A stretch of 64,000 nt of DNA from Lobosporangium transversale. Lineage: Eukaryota. Position 1 is the first letter of the stretch, and every line of letters starts with the position of its first letter. Shown here one piece after another: positions 39,332 to 52,724 of this stretch. The translations under genes were made by a program, and so were the position numbers. The stretch is from NCBI RefSeq assembly GCF_002105155.1, contig NW_019029015.1:186001-250000 (forward strand), read 5' to 3'. The notes below the pieces were generated by a model. It was not told where the DNA came from. It worked only from the letters and a program-made list of their open reading frames with translations, and did no database searches.

Positions 39332-41719
39332 ATGGTGCCGTTGACTATTACCATCCCTGCCTCAAAGGCAAATGGTAATTCCATGCCCATAACCATACTC
39401 AATAATGTTGATGCCTCAGATACGACTGATTCCGACCATAAAGCTCGTGCCTCTGAACCAAAACATGTAAACAATGATCAGAATAACCTAATCGAGGAAA
39501 AGAGTTGGCAGTCCAATAAGGAAAACAGCAATAGCAGCAGTAGTAACAGCAGCACCAGCAAGAGCAACAGCAATAGCGACTCCCTTCAATGCCTTGACGT
39601 TGATGATGAATCCATTCAGCACTATACCTTTCACAATTCACATGACTTTACAGTCAAGCCCCTTATCACAGAATCAGAATCTCCTTCGCCCATCCTCCCA
39701 ACCTGGTTACCAGCCCAACAGAATCCAGACTACCTTGCTCCTTATCATCCATCACTGCACAAAAACATCCATAACTGGTCTCAGGCTCTACTTACTCAGG
39801 TTCACCAAAAAAAGGCCCTCGCAGCAGCGAAAGCAGCCGTTGATACCAATCTTTCTGATCAACAGGCTAGCAGTGCCTCTTTCAACGTTTCTCTATCCCA
39901 CTTCCCTCTTCCTCCTTCTTCTACCCCTGAATCATCAGCTACACCTACGACTCAGAGTTCTGCTAATAATAACAGCACTGCGCCATCGTCATTTAAGGGA
40001 ATTACGATCTTACCATCTAATATAGAGGATGCAGGTGCTGTCAGCATCAATAAGCATTTTCTATTTCAAACTCACCATCGAGAGCCGCAGCAGGCAAAAC
40101 AACAAAATCAACAAAATCAACAACAACAGCAACAACAGCAACAACAACAACAGCAGCAGCAGCAACAGCAGCAACAGCAGCAACAGCAACAGCATCATCA
40201 TCGTCGTCATAGCAATAAACAAAAAAGACAAAAACAGAACAAGGACGATCAGGAACAGAAACAACATCAAAAAAAGCCTCAGCCTCGGCAACGTAACACA
40301 AACATCCGCAGGTCTGTCACACGGCCATTTAAGAGTGTAGCTCGCCTCTTTCGACGAATTGCTCGTCTTATAAAAGGAGATGGAGAGGGAAGGCCAAGAA
40401 GACATTCTTGTTTATCATCATCCTCACTTTCATCCCTACCTACACCTACCACTTCTCCTACCACAGCCACTCCTACTACAACCACTCCTACCACAACTAC
40501 TGAAGAGAAACCAATTGAACAAGTCAACTCCTCTTCGGATCCTAGTCCACAGTCGCTATCCTTACCAGAAGAGGACCAAAAAGCCCTCAATAATATCACT
40601 CAAGTTCATCAATCAGAAATAGAACAAGAACCAAAGATGATGAAAATAATTGACAAGATCGTTCACCACGTTCAGCATCATCATCATCAACACCATCATC
40701 AAGAGCCGACCCCTACAACTCCTGCTGATGCAAATGGAAATGCCGCTAGCACTGCCACCCCTAGCACCCCTATTAAGGAAATTGAAGCCGTCAAGGCTGT
40801 TGTCACTACAGCTGTGGCAACAGCTACAACATCCGTCCAAAGAAGGATAGACCGACATCGAGGACCACGGATGCATCCTAAACTACTAGAGCTGTACGAA
40901 ATCACAGACCATGTGTTGGGTGAAGGCACCTTTGCAGTTGTGAAGGAAATTAAGTTCAGAAGCACTGGTAAATCATATGCACTCAAAACTATCCTCAAGA
41001 AAAATGTGAAAGGTAAATTTTAAAAAAAAGTGTGGCGCAATGGAGATTTCATAAGCAATATTATTTATTTTTATCTTTAGGAATATTGCGACAGAGGAAG
41101 GAGCGTCTATAAATTTTGCACTAAAACAAACTTTTAACTTTTTTCTTTATTTTATTTTATTAAACAGGCAAAGGCTCAATGCTGAATACCGAAATCGCAA
41201 TCCTTTCCAAAGTCGATCATCCCAATTGTGTTTCACTTTTAGAGATGTTTGAGACTGAGGATGCAGTATACCTTGTGACAGATCTAGCGGAGGGTGGAGA
41301 GCTTTTTGAACAGCTCTTGCAAAAGGGTTATTACACAGAAGCAGATGCTGCCAGATTAGTTCAAGAGATCTTGTTGGGAGTTGAGTATCTACACGGCATG
41401 GGGATTGTCCATCGAGACCTCAAGCCCGAAAACCTGTTGTTTTCTGACAAGTCTGAAAATGCGCGATTGATGATCACAGATTTCGGACTGAGTAAGATCT
41501 TGACAGATGGGGATGATGTGTTGATGACTGCTTGTGGAACTCCTGGATATGTGGCGCCCGAAGTGTTGGAACAGATTGGACATGGCAAGCCTGTGGACAT
41601 GTGGAGTGTTGGTATCATTGCTTATACCCTGCTCTGTGGATACACACCGTTCTGGGGAGAAGGTAAAAAAAAAAAAAAAGTGTAATTCTATTTTCATTTA
41701 TGCTGATGGAGACAAAAAA

Positions 41720-41750
<31 letters not shown>

Positions 41751-42456
41751 CACTTGTGTAGATCAATCAGAATTGTTTGAAAACATTATTGCGGGAGAAT
41801 ACAGCTATGAGGAAGAATACTGGAAAGATATTTCGCCACTCGCAAAAAACTTTATTGATTCACTTTTGGTTCGACCTGCAGAACGACGATCAACTGCCAC
41901 ACAAGCACTGGCCCATCCATGGTTCCGTGCCATGCTCGATCATGATCTGTCTGTACCTTCCTCACCAACAGAGAGTGTCAATCTGTTGCCGAGCGTTAGC
42001 AAGAACTTTAATGCAAGAGGAGTGTTCAAGAAGGCTGTCAAGGCTGTGGGGCTTTTGAAGAAGATCCACGGAGCTCAATATCAGAATTTTGTTCAAGCCC
42101 GAAGACAACAAGAATTAACAACAGCGGCAGCGATAGCGACAGCAGAAGGAAGTTCGAGTCATGGAAATGCTTCTCCAACAGCTGAAGTACAACAGACTCG
42201 GATACAAGAACAAAAATTGAAGCCTGAGGAAGTCATTGTTACTGCAGGAGTCAATGGACCAAACCCGAATGCTAATAATCATGGATTGAGTTTTCATGAT
42301 GTAGTGGGCGTTGCTGTGTTGGCTAAACATGGTGTGCATGTGGATGTTGCCATTTCAGATGGTCCGGCAAGTCATATCAGAGATAGTGATGATAGCGAAA
42401 GGTGTCTTCAATATGCGAGCACTGCTTTGGAAGAGTTGGCTGTGAAAGGTGGATAG
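39332..42456 (+). CDS. Ca2+/calmodulin-dependent protein kinase (CaMK1/CMK-like) with a long low-complexity polyQ/polyH N-terminus; 3 exons
   Basis: LGEGTFAVV, YALK, HRDLKPEN, TDFGLS, TACGTPGYVAPE. CaM-binding-like tail FNARGVFKKAVKAV. Confidence 0.93.
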
Positions 42457-42464
42457 TCTTTTCT

Positions 42465-42499
<35 letters not shown>

Positions 42500-42786
42500 A
42501 TCCAAAATGTGTATATATGTAGTCATCTTTTTTTTTTTTTTTTTTTTTTTAACCCATTAAATTTAGCATATTCATCTCTCTCGTATAAAAAGAAATGCAT
42601 TTTATTTTATTTTCTTATCACTCATAAATGCGTCTGAACATTAAAAGAAAAGAATATTTACATTGGCGATTGTGGGTAAAGCAGAAATCATCATCTCCCT
42701 AGAATACATACTTGAAGAAATAAATTTACAAAAAAAAAAAAGAAAAGGACCCATTCTTGTTGTTTTGGTTCCTTGTTAGGGGTTTT

Positions 42787-45700
42787 TCACCTACGGCTGC
42801 GCCGACGCCCAGATCCAGCTGTTGCCTCATAAGGTGGACACTCACCCTGGTCGCCCAAATCATAATCAAACTCATCACCGCTGAACGCCAATCCCAAATT
42901 GTCTCGGGATAACATCCCCGGGCTATCTATTCCTGCACTCACCAGCAATGCTTCTTCATCCTCCTCCATCAAATCACCTTCTTCTGGTACGACCACCACA
43001 ATCGGGACCGACAGTCGGATTGTACGCGAATAAACCTTTTCTGCTTTGATTTTGATCACAATCTCATACGATACTTCCAAAAGAGGAGCATTCAAGATGG
43101 AATAGCCTGCACTGTGTGGGATTGGAACTAGGATCGTCTTTTGGATCTCACGATCAACTGCCAGACTACAATTGACTAGTGTTTTAGATTTCACCATCTT
43201 TTCACGCAGATGTTGGACAATCGGCAACGGTGCTTGCTGCTGCTGGTGTTGTTGTTGCTGTTGCTGTTGCTGCTGTGCAGAGGATGTCAGCGTAGAATGG
43301 CTTGATGGTGTAGGTGACGTCATACCAGAGCGGTTCTCAGAGCTATAAACAATGGTTCCTGAGCTGATAGGGGTCCCATTGCTATCACCGCTATTGGAAT
43401 GACTTGATTCCCATTGACTTGAAATCGATCTCGCCATCTGTGCACTATTGTCCTGTCCCTCACATGCATCGTCTCCTTCTGCTGGGAAGGTTGAACTGTT
43501 GGGCGATGCAGGAGGTGAAGGCATAGAGTTTTCTGGATACTGGCTTCGACTACCAGCTCTCCTCCGTCCCAATCGTCGTCTTCCACTGCCCACATTCCCC
43601 CCTTCTTCCTCTCCTCCTCCTTCAGGAATATTTCCATTATTGTTCGCAATCGGAGACACAATCTCTTCTGAAGGCTCAATGGGATCTGATTGTGTGAATG
43701 CTGAATCCAAGAGGTAACCCTGTCCTGCAATACCCATCGCACGGACCTTTGAAAGGCCAGAACCATAATGTAGGCACTTACAGAGCGTGGTCTCGACACT
43801 AACTTGCTTCGCATCTGAATGGTTCACAATATGAATCACGAGCGGGATTATCCTTCCGGGACGATACCCTTGTTTAGGAACCCATGCCCGGGCTTCCATA
43901 AACCCTGTGGACCAGACCCAATGTCCAACGTTTGCCCTCACAGCCTCTGTCCCAAATGGGATACTGTACAGAGGCATGTTCATAGGATCGTTCATGGGAA
44001 TTAGTTTGATGGCCTGAGTTGCAGAAAAAAAGGTAGGTTCGACTAACAATGCTTTGGAATTGCAAGGATCAGGACTTGGAAGGATTTGTTTCATAACCGC
44101 TTGAAGTTGGTAGTTGACACTACCAACGGGATCAGAGAATGAGCCCGGTAGGGACATGACTGAGTTGGCAGGGATTCGGATTGAGAAAGGGATCACATAA
44201 TTGCCAGGTTGCATCAACACTGCTTTAGGCTCTACTGGTTCTGCTGGAGGAGAAGCCGTTGTTACTGATGATGTAGTAGTTGTTGATGTGGTAGTAGTAG
44301 TTGTAGTTATTGATGAAGACGATGTCGATGGTGCAGTGGCATAGTCCGTTTGATCATTTTGAGAAGAGTGTCTTCTATCCATATTGACTAAAATTAAAGA
44401 CAATACAAAAAGTCAGCGTCTGCTTGGCTTTAAATCTTACAAACACACACACACAAAAAGTGATTACCATCGTCTGAGCTATGGGCAGAGTTAGCAATAG
44501 ATACTGCTGCTACTGTATCGTCAATTTGCTCCGATGTCCTCCTTTCTGAGCTACTATCGACAGTTACTGTGATAGCTTGCTCTGATGAGGTATCGGTCCT
44601 GGAAGAATCAGTTGAGGGTCGCTCGCCTCCGGTTGAGCCTACAGCGTTCTCATAATCTGGGGGGTCGTAAGATGGTGCTGCTGGCAAAGAAGGATCGTCT
44701 TCCATCATGGCATCGTGGTCATGAAATGTAGTACTAACGTTGACCATGCTCATACTGAATCCACTCCTTCCAAGGATCCCACCAGTATTACTAGTACCAC
44801 TACCGCCACTACCCCCACCACCATTGACGCTGAATCCAGCTAGCGTTGTGTCCACATTTGCAGAGAAACTCGTTCTCCTGCCACGGGAATTGGCAAGTGA
44901 AGGTGATACAGAACGGTGGAGAGACAGTGTTGAAACCGTTTGCGCTGCAGCGCCGGATGCGTAGTATGGTGAAGGATTTGACAAAGTCCTTGACATGAGC
45001 CTACTTCTGCATTCAATGGCGCCAGGTCCTCCTTGTGCTGCTAATGTAGCAGTCACAGCTGCAGCAAGAGTATTCTGGATAGGCATGGCTGGGAAGCGAG
45101 CCCTGTCCTGTGAAGTACCACCCATCATGCTGCTTCTGCGTGCACGTCCCCTATGGGAATGACCATCCTGAGAAGCAGAAGCAGTACCACTATTAGCTGT
45201 TCCTGTTGTGGGTGCGGGCGTCGTATGGCGACGGGTAGTATTTGTTCTCTGGTTTGTGATTGATGCTGTTGCCACAGTCTTGCACTCCTCCAATATCGTG
45301 ACCGTTTTCATCGAGCCCAGGCGTGTCCCATCCAATGCTGTCACAGTTCCTGTCAAGAGGACTTCAATCGAGTGTACTGGTGTGGCTTTGGGCAGCTCCA
45401 AGTGGATCTGTCCTCGAATGGACTCGCCAGGCGCCATTACTGGCGGTGAGAGAACAAGGTTCCCAGTAGAATCCTGTAATGATATGCGCAGTTGTGGTGT
45501 TCGAGAAGTCTTATACTTGGGAGGTGGCGGGTGGCTTGTACTGCGCGTGCGCTGCCTCCTGGAAGAAAAGCCCTCAGCTATTGTTGCTGATGAACCATTG
45601 TTGTTATTATACATTGAAGATCCACTGTTGTTACTGTTATTGGAGTAATTCCCAGTCGAAGAGACATTGATAGAGGAAGAACTGGCTGCTGGGTTAATGT

Positions 45701-45962
45701 GGACTGTAGAATTGGAGGAGCGGAAAAACGAGCTTTGTTGATAGAACCCGGAGCCATGTGCTGGGGGTGGAGAGGATCCGAAGAGAGAGGATGAAGCTAC
45801 TGTGTTGGCAACAGAGGCAGCTGTAAGTGAGAGACGTCGCGTGAAAATGCCGCTGGTTCGTATCCTTGTTGGTGCCGACGGGGCCATGGATGGGGAGGCC
45901 GAGCGAAGGTGGATGTCTTGTAGTTGCCCAGTGGCAGGGTAGACTACTCGAGAAGCAGCCAT
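42787..45962 (-). CDS. Alpha-arrestin / arrestin-domain protein; intron 44467-44388
   Basis: Arrestin-N motifs PGESIRGQIHL, PGNYVIPFSIRIP..LPGSF..GSVNYQL. Arrestin-C motifs KQGYRPG..IVNHS and LLEVSYEI. PY-like motifs PPDY and PPY. Splice is in frame. Confidence 0.85.
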
Positions 45963-46268
45963 GCTGCTGTTGAAGGAATAAAATAAAGGAAAATAAGACG
46001 ACTGTCGATGAATAAAAAAGAAAAAAAAAAAAAAAAAAAAAAAAAAACTTTATTATCCGTGTCAAGAGAGTAAGGCAAAGTCGAGGAAGAAGGTATGGTA
46101 TACACAGACTTCAATGGGAGCTGCAGCAAGTATTTGAGCTGGCCAGATGGTAAATAGTTTTATTGAACAATAAAAGCTCAAGGAAGTGAAGCAACGTACA
46201 AGTTGAGGGATCATAAAGGGATAAGAAAAAAGGAAAGAGAGAGAGATAGACCAGAAAGCCAAAGGAAA

Positions 46269-46304
<36 letters not shown>

Positions 46305-47224
46305 GCAGAGTCATTGTCCACGATGCCTTGTTCTGTTATTTGTGCGGGTGTCTGGATTTGTGTTGGTGATGTCGTGCATGCATGTGGGCATTGACCCTGT
46401 TTGGAAGAGCCAAAAAAAGAGCAGACTTACATTAGCCTGACACAACACCGTTCTGTATGTATTGAGTGAATATCTTGCACAAGACACGTCTTGAGGTTGA
46501 CAAACATGAAGATGATATAGAAGGATTGCGACATGAACTTTCAGCTTCCTTTGAAGTCCCTATAGTGTAAGCCATGTGCTTCACGGATACACATGCTTGA
46601 TACATATGGAGGAGCTCATCAGGCAGATCATGGATTACGGAAAAAAAGAAGACAATACACTTGCTCTTTTTGTAGGTCCTATTTCCTTGGCTTTTTGCTT
46701 TAAGTACAGCTGCACGTGTAAGGCTAACCTTGTGTTCAGAGGAAAACAAACATACTGAATAGACCATCGGCTCAAAGTGGGACAGAAAAGCAATAAAAAT
46801 ATACATCGGGGAGTTTTCCTCTTCTGCATCAATGTTGTAAAGATTGACTACTGTAAAAAAAAAAAAGTTTGACAAAGGGGACAAAGGGGGTAAAGAAAAA
46901 GAAAAAAAAAAAATAGGAGAAGCCCATAGTAAAGTTTTGCAAGTCAATAAATAGAGATAGGAGGTCAGGATGTCATTTTTCAGGCACAGGCACAAACATC
47001 ACATTTCTAACGGGGATAGGTCACACGGACACACAAACACGACTTTATTAGTCAATTATACAAGGGGTGCAGTAGAATCTGTTCCCTCGCATCTAAATAA
47101 CCTAATAACATGGAAACACATAGGAGAGCTTGTTTGCAAATAAAAAAAGCTTTTATACTCTTAGCCTTGAGTCTTGATGAGGGTTGCTTTGATGTTGAGG
47201 CTGCGCCCAATCATAGGTCAGCAT

Positions 47225-48317
47225 CTAGAGCAATGTCCCATAGAACATATTCTCAAATTTATTTCGCTGGCTATAGCCATAGGAGATCCCGTGCTCGTCG
47301 AGAAGCGATGTCCTAATAAGTAAAGCCTTATCAATAAGCACAGTAATTGGCTAAGCACGTCATACGAATAAGGATAAAAAAGAAAGAAAGAAGAAAGCTT
47401 TACATGGACTCTTTTGCTTTCTCTGGTTCTGTTGATTCGATTTCAACCTCGTATGCAGTCCCATGTGGATACTATCAAGAGCAGAGGATTTTGAGTATTG
47501 GAATTGACTGACCGATCGTGAGGATGCTAACCAAATAATCAGGCTGTTGAGGCCGTGTTTTTATCATTACCGTTGTTCGATCCACTTCGACCAAGTATTC
47601 CCGCCATTGGAACTTGTGGCGTATGTTCTTAAAGCGACCCATATGTGAGTATCCATCTGGGCATGGCACCCGTTCAACGATTTTTTGAAGTAAGCGATGA
47701 CTATTGGGAAGAATAGGTTATGATCAGAGAGGGGCCATTCACGGTAACTGATGTTTTGCGAAGATAAACTAAAAGGGGCCAGCGAGTGTACTTACGATTT
47801 TGCCGCCTCTGGGATCAGATTGGGATTATCTATGATCTGTCTCGCGATAGCGATATCAATTGGTTCTTCTTCCTAGCAATCAAACAAAATAAAAGTAAAT
47901 AACGCGCAAAGGGGATGGAATAGCCCCTCAACTCCGCAACACCATGGTTGCTATAATGCTGCAGTCTTTTTCAATTGCTTGCCTCTTCGACAGTTGCAAT
48001 GCCGTTTACAAGAACTGCATTTCCTTTCAGAGCAACAACTGCAACAGGGACCTTGTCGGACTTTTGAATAATTCTGATACGAAAGACAAGTCGGCTCTTG
48101 ATCCTACAGGAAGAGGAATTAAGCTATTAGAATTTCATCTTTCCCATGACCAGTATGCCAAAGTAATATATTGCTCGTTAAAGACATACAGTTCTTTGTG
48201 AACTCCATCAAAGAAGACATTGTTCTGGTCCTCTGAAGCTATAGGACTACCAAGTGTCTTTTCTAACATACAAGTGGCATCTTCTGAGGGCAATCTGATT
48301 TTGATCTCAATTTCCAT
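47225..48317 (-). CDS. CYTH-domain triphosphate tunnel metalloenzyme (TTM3-like), multi-exon
   Basis: Manual splicing gives MEIEIKIRL, QNNVFFDG, FRIR, ALKGNAVLVNGIATVEEEEEPID, GRFKNIR, EVDRT, YEVEIE and YSQRNKF. Confidence 0.85.
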
Positions 48318-49031
48318 GATGATTCAACAAAAATGAGGAAGAAAAATAGCCTTGGGTCCCTGAAATCCCTTGTCCCAAAAAACTACAGCAGTCACTGAGC
48401 CAATGCCAGTGTTGGCAAGTCGTGATGAATGAATTATATATTTATCTGGTCGACCTCAGGCATATTCAAGATAATCAAGGACCATCCCAACTCAATTACC
48501 GAACTGTTGGTCAAAGCAAGGCCTCTATGTAAAGATTCGGTCACTAACATTTTTTCCGCCATTACGCTTTGGTCGTGTACATGACCAAAAAAAAAAGGTT
48601 AAAAGATGACATCCCATGCAGAACACACATCTTGCTCCTTGTTCTCGTGTAATGTCATGATCAATCACAATTGTCATCTTTCAATTCAACAAATAAGCTC
48701 AAACAAACAACAACAACAATACCAATAGCAACAGCAGCAACAGTAACAGGAACAAAAACCAGAAACCAACACTCAACCGATCGCTAGAGCCAACAAACAT
48801 TTATTATTATCTTTTTTTTTTTTTATAAATACTCTCTTCTCCACACTTCGTTGCTTCTCTTTTCTCCTCCTCCCGCCCTTTTAATCCTCTTTTCCGTTTT
48901 CGTACTTTACTCTCTCTCCTGACATCATCACTTCCTGCATGAGATACGGTTCTTTACACCCAGCTCTCCTCTCTCATTTTTTTCTCCACTCCTTGTACAA
49001 CCAATCAATTTAAATAAGCTCTTACTCTTCA

Positions 49032-49757
49032 ATGGCCGGTCGAAAACCACCAACGGATGGATTGACCACAAGGCATGTCATTTACCTTGTCGTCATGCAC
49101 ATGATTGGTGCAATGATTCTAGATGGCGGCATTAATTTTGGACTTGCCACTGCAATGTACAAGAATGGTAGCAAAGCTGTCAAACTCTGGCCTTTGCCAC
49201 AGACCTTGGCAGGGGATGCTGCTGTTACCATCATTATCCAACAAGCTCTTACTTGGATTTTAGACAGACGTGCTGTCGGTGGAGACCTCAAGAAAGGTTT
49301 GGTGGCGCCTTTGAAGATGCCCAAGAACGCTCATCCGATCATCCGTTGGTTTGTGGGTCTGGAACATATTAGTGCTGATGTGCCCAAGAACACTCTGGCT
49401 AACAAAGTCGCTCATTTATTTCGTTTCCATGGCCCCCGCATTGCCGTCTTGATCCTGGCAACATTTATTTTGTATTGGCCTATTACGATCGGCATCCTGT
49501 CAGGTCTGAAGATCCATGGTGTGGGCAAGGATTACAGCGGCCTAGGGGGTGACTTTAACCTTTGGCCACTTCCAGAGATCTTCAAGGGTGTATACGGCTT
49601 CGCAGTAGGCTTGACAACGCCCTTTGTCAGCTACATTGCACTCATCTATGAAGGAGAGACAGTGACTGAGGAGACAAACTCAGATCTGACAGAACTGTCA
49701 ACGAGCGCAGGGAAGGACATTGAACTACAAGAGACGGCCGCTTCGAATGGTGTATAA
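49032..49757 (+). CDS. Hypothetical multi-pass membrane protein (241 aa)
   Basis: Intact single-exon ORF with about 4 hydrophobic segments, preceded by a pyrimidine-rich 5' region. Confidence 0.8.
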   Translation: MAGRKPPTDGLTTRHVIYLVVMHMIGAMILDGGINFGLATAMYKNGSKAVKLWPLPQTLAGDAAVTIIIQQALTWILDRRAVGGDLKKGLVAPLKMPKNAHPIIRWFVGLEHISADVPKNTLANKVAHLFRFHGPRIAVLILATFILYWPITIGILSGLKIHGVGKDYSGLGGDFNLWPLPEIFKGVYGFAVGLTTPFVSYIALIYEGETVTEETNSDLTELSTSAGKDIELQETAASNGV

Positions 49758-49971
49758 ATATTGCTCTCAGATTTTATAAATAGTCCCTTTTCACTGTATT
49801 AAGTATAATTTAAAAAGAAGGCGGCATTTCGAGAAGTGTTTAATGAGTTCTCATTTGGCTTGTATAAATTTATTGTTAATTTACAGAAGAAGCAAACAGC
49901 CCGAGATGAAAGTAGAATTCAGTTCAACGCATTGCCCTTGTCATGTCATGTCATGTCATGTCTTCTCTCTC

Positions 49972-51783
49972 TTATGAACACAAAACAAGCTTGTGGATAA
50001 GCTCGGCGGACAAACTATCGACGGGGGTTTCTGTAGTAAAATGTAGATGATCTTGCGTGATGTTCTTAAAGGGTACTGTGATTTCAAATGTTGATAAACG
50101 ATCGATCATGCCGTGTCCTCCCACTTGAGCATTGATATTGTCAATCATGCCATCCACAAGCTTGTTCCAATACAAAATTCGATGATTGGTCTTCCAGCCC
50201 GCAATGTCTCTTTGGTCGGCTGCTGTGTTATCTGTCCAAGCAGGCAGACCCATCCAGATGACCTTAAGACTGCTCATCTTGTCCTGTGGGGCACCAGCTT
50301 TAACTGCTTGTCTCATTTTTCGGAGTTCGACCAGGCCATCCAAAATGGCCTTGATTCGTTCTATAAACTGCGCTGTAGTCCAATGCCCAGCAAATGAACC
50401 AAATCCAACAACGACTGTGTCCATTTCATTCAGTACAGCTAGGTCAGGCACATTCACCTTGTCATCCTCTTGTCCATTAGCACTATATCGGATCCGAGCC
50501 AAGGTTTCATTAAGCGAAGGATCAAAGTCACTCCTTGCGACAATGTTGCCGATTTTCAACACGTGGCTCTTGCGGTCTTGGATAGGAGCATCCAGCTTGC
50601 CAGATCGTCCTTGGAGCCTCTGCATTAGTCCACTGAATAAGACCCTGACATGAGAATCACCAACGAAATAGATGGATCGTTTCAATTGCAAACATTTAGC
50701 TGCTTCTTCCTTCTCTGCCTTGACTTCTTCGCTGTCTGACTCGTCCACAGGCTCAAATGCTGTCTGAGCAGGATAGAATCGGCATCGTGGTCGGGCAGGG
50801 ATCCATTCATATGGGTGACTCACAGCCTGCCATAGCGATTCAATTGGCAATCTGGCACTGTAGATTCCGTACTGTCGTGATTGTGTGCTTGGGGTATTTG
50901 AGCAAATATCCTGTGTCCCTCCCAAACCTTCTGCTTCATCAATGGCCACCCAAGCAACGCAATGTGAACAAACATTAAATTGATAGAATCGCTGACTCTG
51001 TCGAGTTTCTTCTGCAATCAAGTCCGTATTCAAGTATTCTGGTGTCCATTGGCTCGACATGTTCTCGTTCAATGCGTCATATCCTTGGTAGGTATGCAAA
51101 ATCTTTTGGACCCAGAATCGTCCAGGTCGACTAATAAGATATGGAATTGCATATGTGCAACCTCCTAGAGGCTGCTGTTGCAACAGCGAGATCCGCTCAG
51201 GTCCAATAAGGACGATACGGAAGGTATCTGGGCCCAAATATCTGGATGTATATAAATTTGTGGTGGGGTCCTTTGCTAAAACTGTGTTGGGCTTAGGTTG
51301 GCACGCCTCGGTCTCAAGTAAAGTGTCCCCGATTCTCGCCTGTAATCGTTGAATTCGAAAGTATCCTCCAGGGTAACACTGAGCGGATGTAGGTTGCTCC
51401 TTCTCATCCTCCCTGGCCTCGTCCTCTTCCTGGATTATAGTAGTGCTCCCAGGGACAGTGCAATGTTGTACACTCCATCCTGGGATGGTCTTGAGTGATC
51501 GACACTCTGTCCATTGTCTGATAGGGCTCTTTGTAAAATCCGGTTGTGTAGCTGAATTGAAGGGTCGGTCCAGCAACATGCAGGCACGGTCCGTTTCTGC
51601 AGGATCGAGCGGATAATCTCGGGTGATGGTGTTAAGTGGTGACTGAGCGGTCTCAGCACTATAACTACTTGACCAACCGAAATAGTAAAACAGCCGAGCA
51701 GATCCAAGAACGCCGATAACGGCTATGATGCCGTACTTGAGTCGTTTCTGATGACTTGTTTTTGTTGCGACTATTTCCGACAT
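49972..51783 (-). CDS. Type-II membrane-anchored SGNH/PC-esterase (NXPE-like) protein
   Basis: N-terminal TM segment, Ig-like region (GPD..Y..PGRF), catalytic-like FVGDSHVR and DHLHF (DxxH). Likely start MSEIVATK at 51783. Confidence 0.75.
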   Translation of the reverse strand: MSEIVATKTSHQKRLKYGIIAVIGVLGSARLFYYFGWSSSYSAETAQSPLNTITRDYPLDPAETDRACMLLDRPFNSATQPDFTKSPIRQWTECRSLKTIPGWSVQHCTVPGSTTIIQEEDEAREDEKEQPTSAQCYPGGYFRIQRLQARIGDTLLETEACQPKPNTVLAKDPTTNLYTSRYLGPDTFRIVLIGPERISLLQQQPLGGCTYAIPYLISRPGRFWVQKILHTYQGYDALNENMSSQWTPEYLNTDLIAEETRQSQRFYQFNVCSHCVAWVAIDEAEGLGGTQDICSNTPSTQSRQYGIYSARLPIESLWQAVSHPYEWIPARPRCRFYPAQTAFEPVDESDSEEVKAEKEEAAKCLQLKRSIYFVGDSHVRVLFSGLMQRLQGRSGKLDAPIQDRKSHVLKIGNIVARSDFDPSLNETLARIRYSANGQEDDKVNVPDLAVLNEMDTVVVGFGSFAGHWTTAQFIERIKAILDGLVELRKMRQAVKAGAPQDKMSSLKVIWMGLPAWTDNTAADQRDIAGWKTNHRILYWNKLVDGMIDNINAQVGGHGMIDRLSTFEITVPFKNITQDHLHFTTETPVDSLSAELIHKLVLCS

Positions 51784-52416
51784 GGAGAGGGGAGGGAAGC
51801 TGCTTCTGTGAATGGAGATGACAAGAGTGATGAAGTGAAGCGGGAGACAGCTGTGGACCACTCAAGAAGCCTGTAGCAGTAAAGCTAATTTTAATGGTGC
51901 ACTCGCCCGACGCAGCCCATGCGTTCAATACGTCTTCCTTATTGTGCTGCCTGTGTTATCGTAAAACTAATCCATGTTGCTGGTCAGAATGAATGACCAA
52001 AAACCAAATAATGAGACTTGAGCACATTGCATTGATTGAACATCAGACCTGAGGCAAAGCATGGATTGGTACCTCTATTTTCTCTACCTTTGCTTCAGGT
52101 TTCTCTCGACATCCGTGTTGTCTTGCCAATAAGAACTCTTGATTCTATCATCTGTCTTTCACCAGCACTCTTTGCTTCTCTGCTTCTCTGCTTCCCTGCA
52201 TCAACCCTTTCCACGTTAGTCACTGCCTTTTGTGTCCTTCAACAAAAGTCCCTCTCCTTGAACACTGAACGCCTCCTCTGCAGGATCTCACATGTCTCAC
52301 ACCAATTTCTTCTAACTCTCTAATCTTAGGATTTGTATCACTCGAATTGTATCTTTGAAGGATCTTTATAACCATGAAATGTGTGCATGGGTCCCAATGG
52401 GAATAAGGATGTTGAT

Positions 52417-52724
52417 GCGACTCCCTACGCCGGAGTTCTGTCGGTAAAGGTCCGTTTAAACCGCGATTCCCATGTGGTGTGCCCTGTGCCCTAGATCTTC
52501 CTTGGCTGAGAGTTGGAAGCTCGTCAAAGCTCTCTTGTAGTCCGCGTGCTTGTCACATCTGCAGAGGTGAAGTACAACGCGATTCCCTACACCGGCGTTC
52601 TGTCGATGAAGGCCCGTTTAAACTACGACTTCCACATAGTGTGCTGTCTTTCCTTGAGCTTCCCTGACTGAGAACTGGGAGATCATTAAAGTCTGATGGC
52701 CCTCTTGTGGTCCGTGTGCTTGTT
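52417..52724. repeat. Diverged two-unit direct repeat, 162-bp period
   Basis: GCGACTCCCTACGCCGGAGTTCTGTCGG.. at 52417 and GCGATTCCCTACACCGGCGTTCTGTCGA.. at 52579. Both units end in ..CTCTTGTRGTCCGYGTGCTTGT. Confidence 0.8.

Noticed and set aside
40090..40210. CAG/CAA microsatellite
   Set aside because: Ordinary polyQ tract within the kinase N-terminus.
644..46995. Many short ORFs rich in poly-F/poly-K or antisense to real genes
   Set aside because: Artefacts of poly-A/T tracts, introns and shadow frames.
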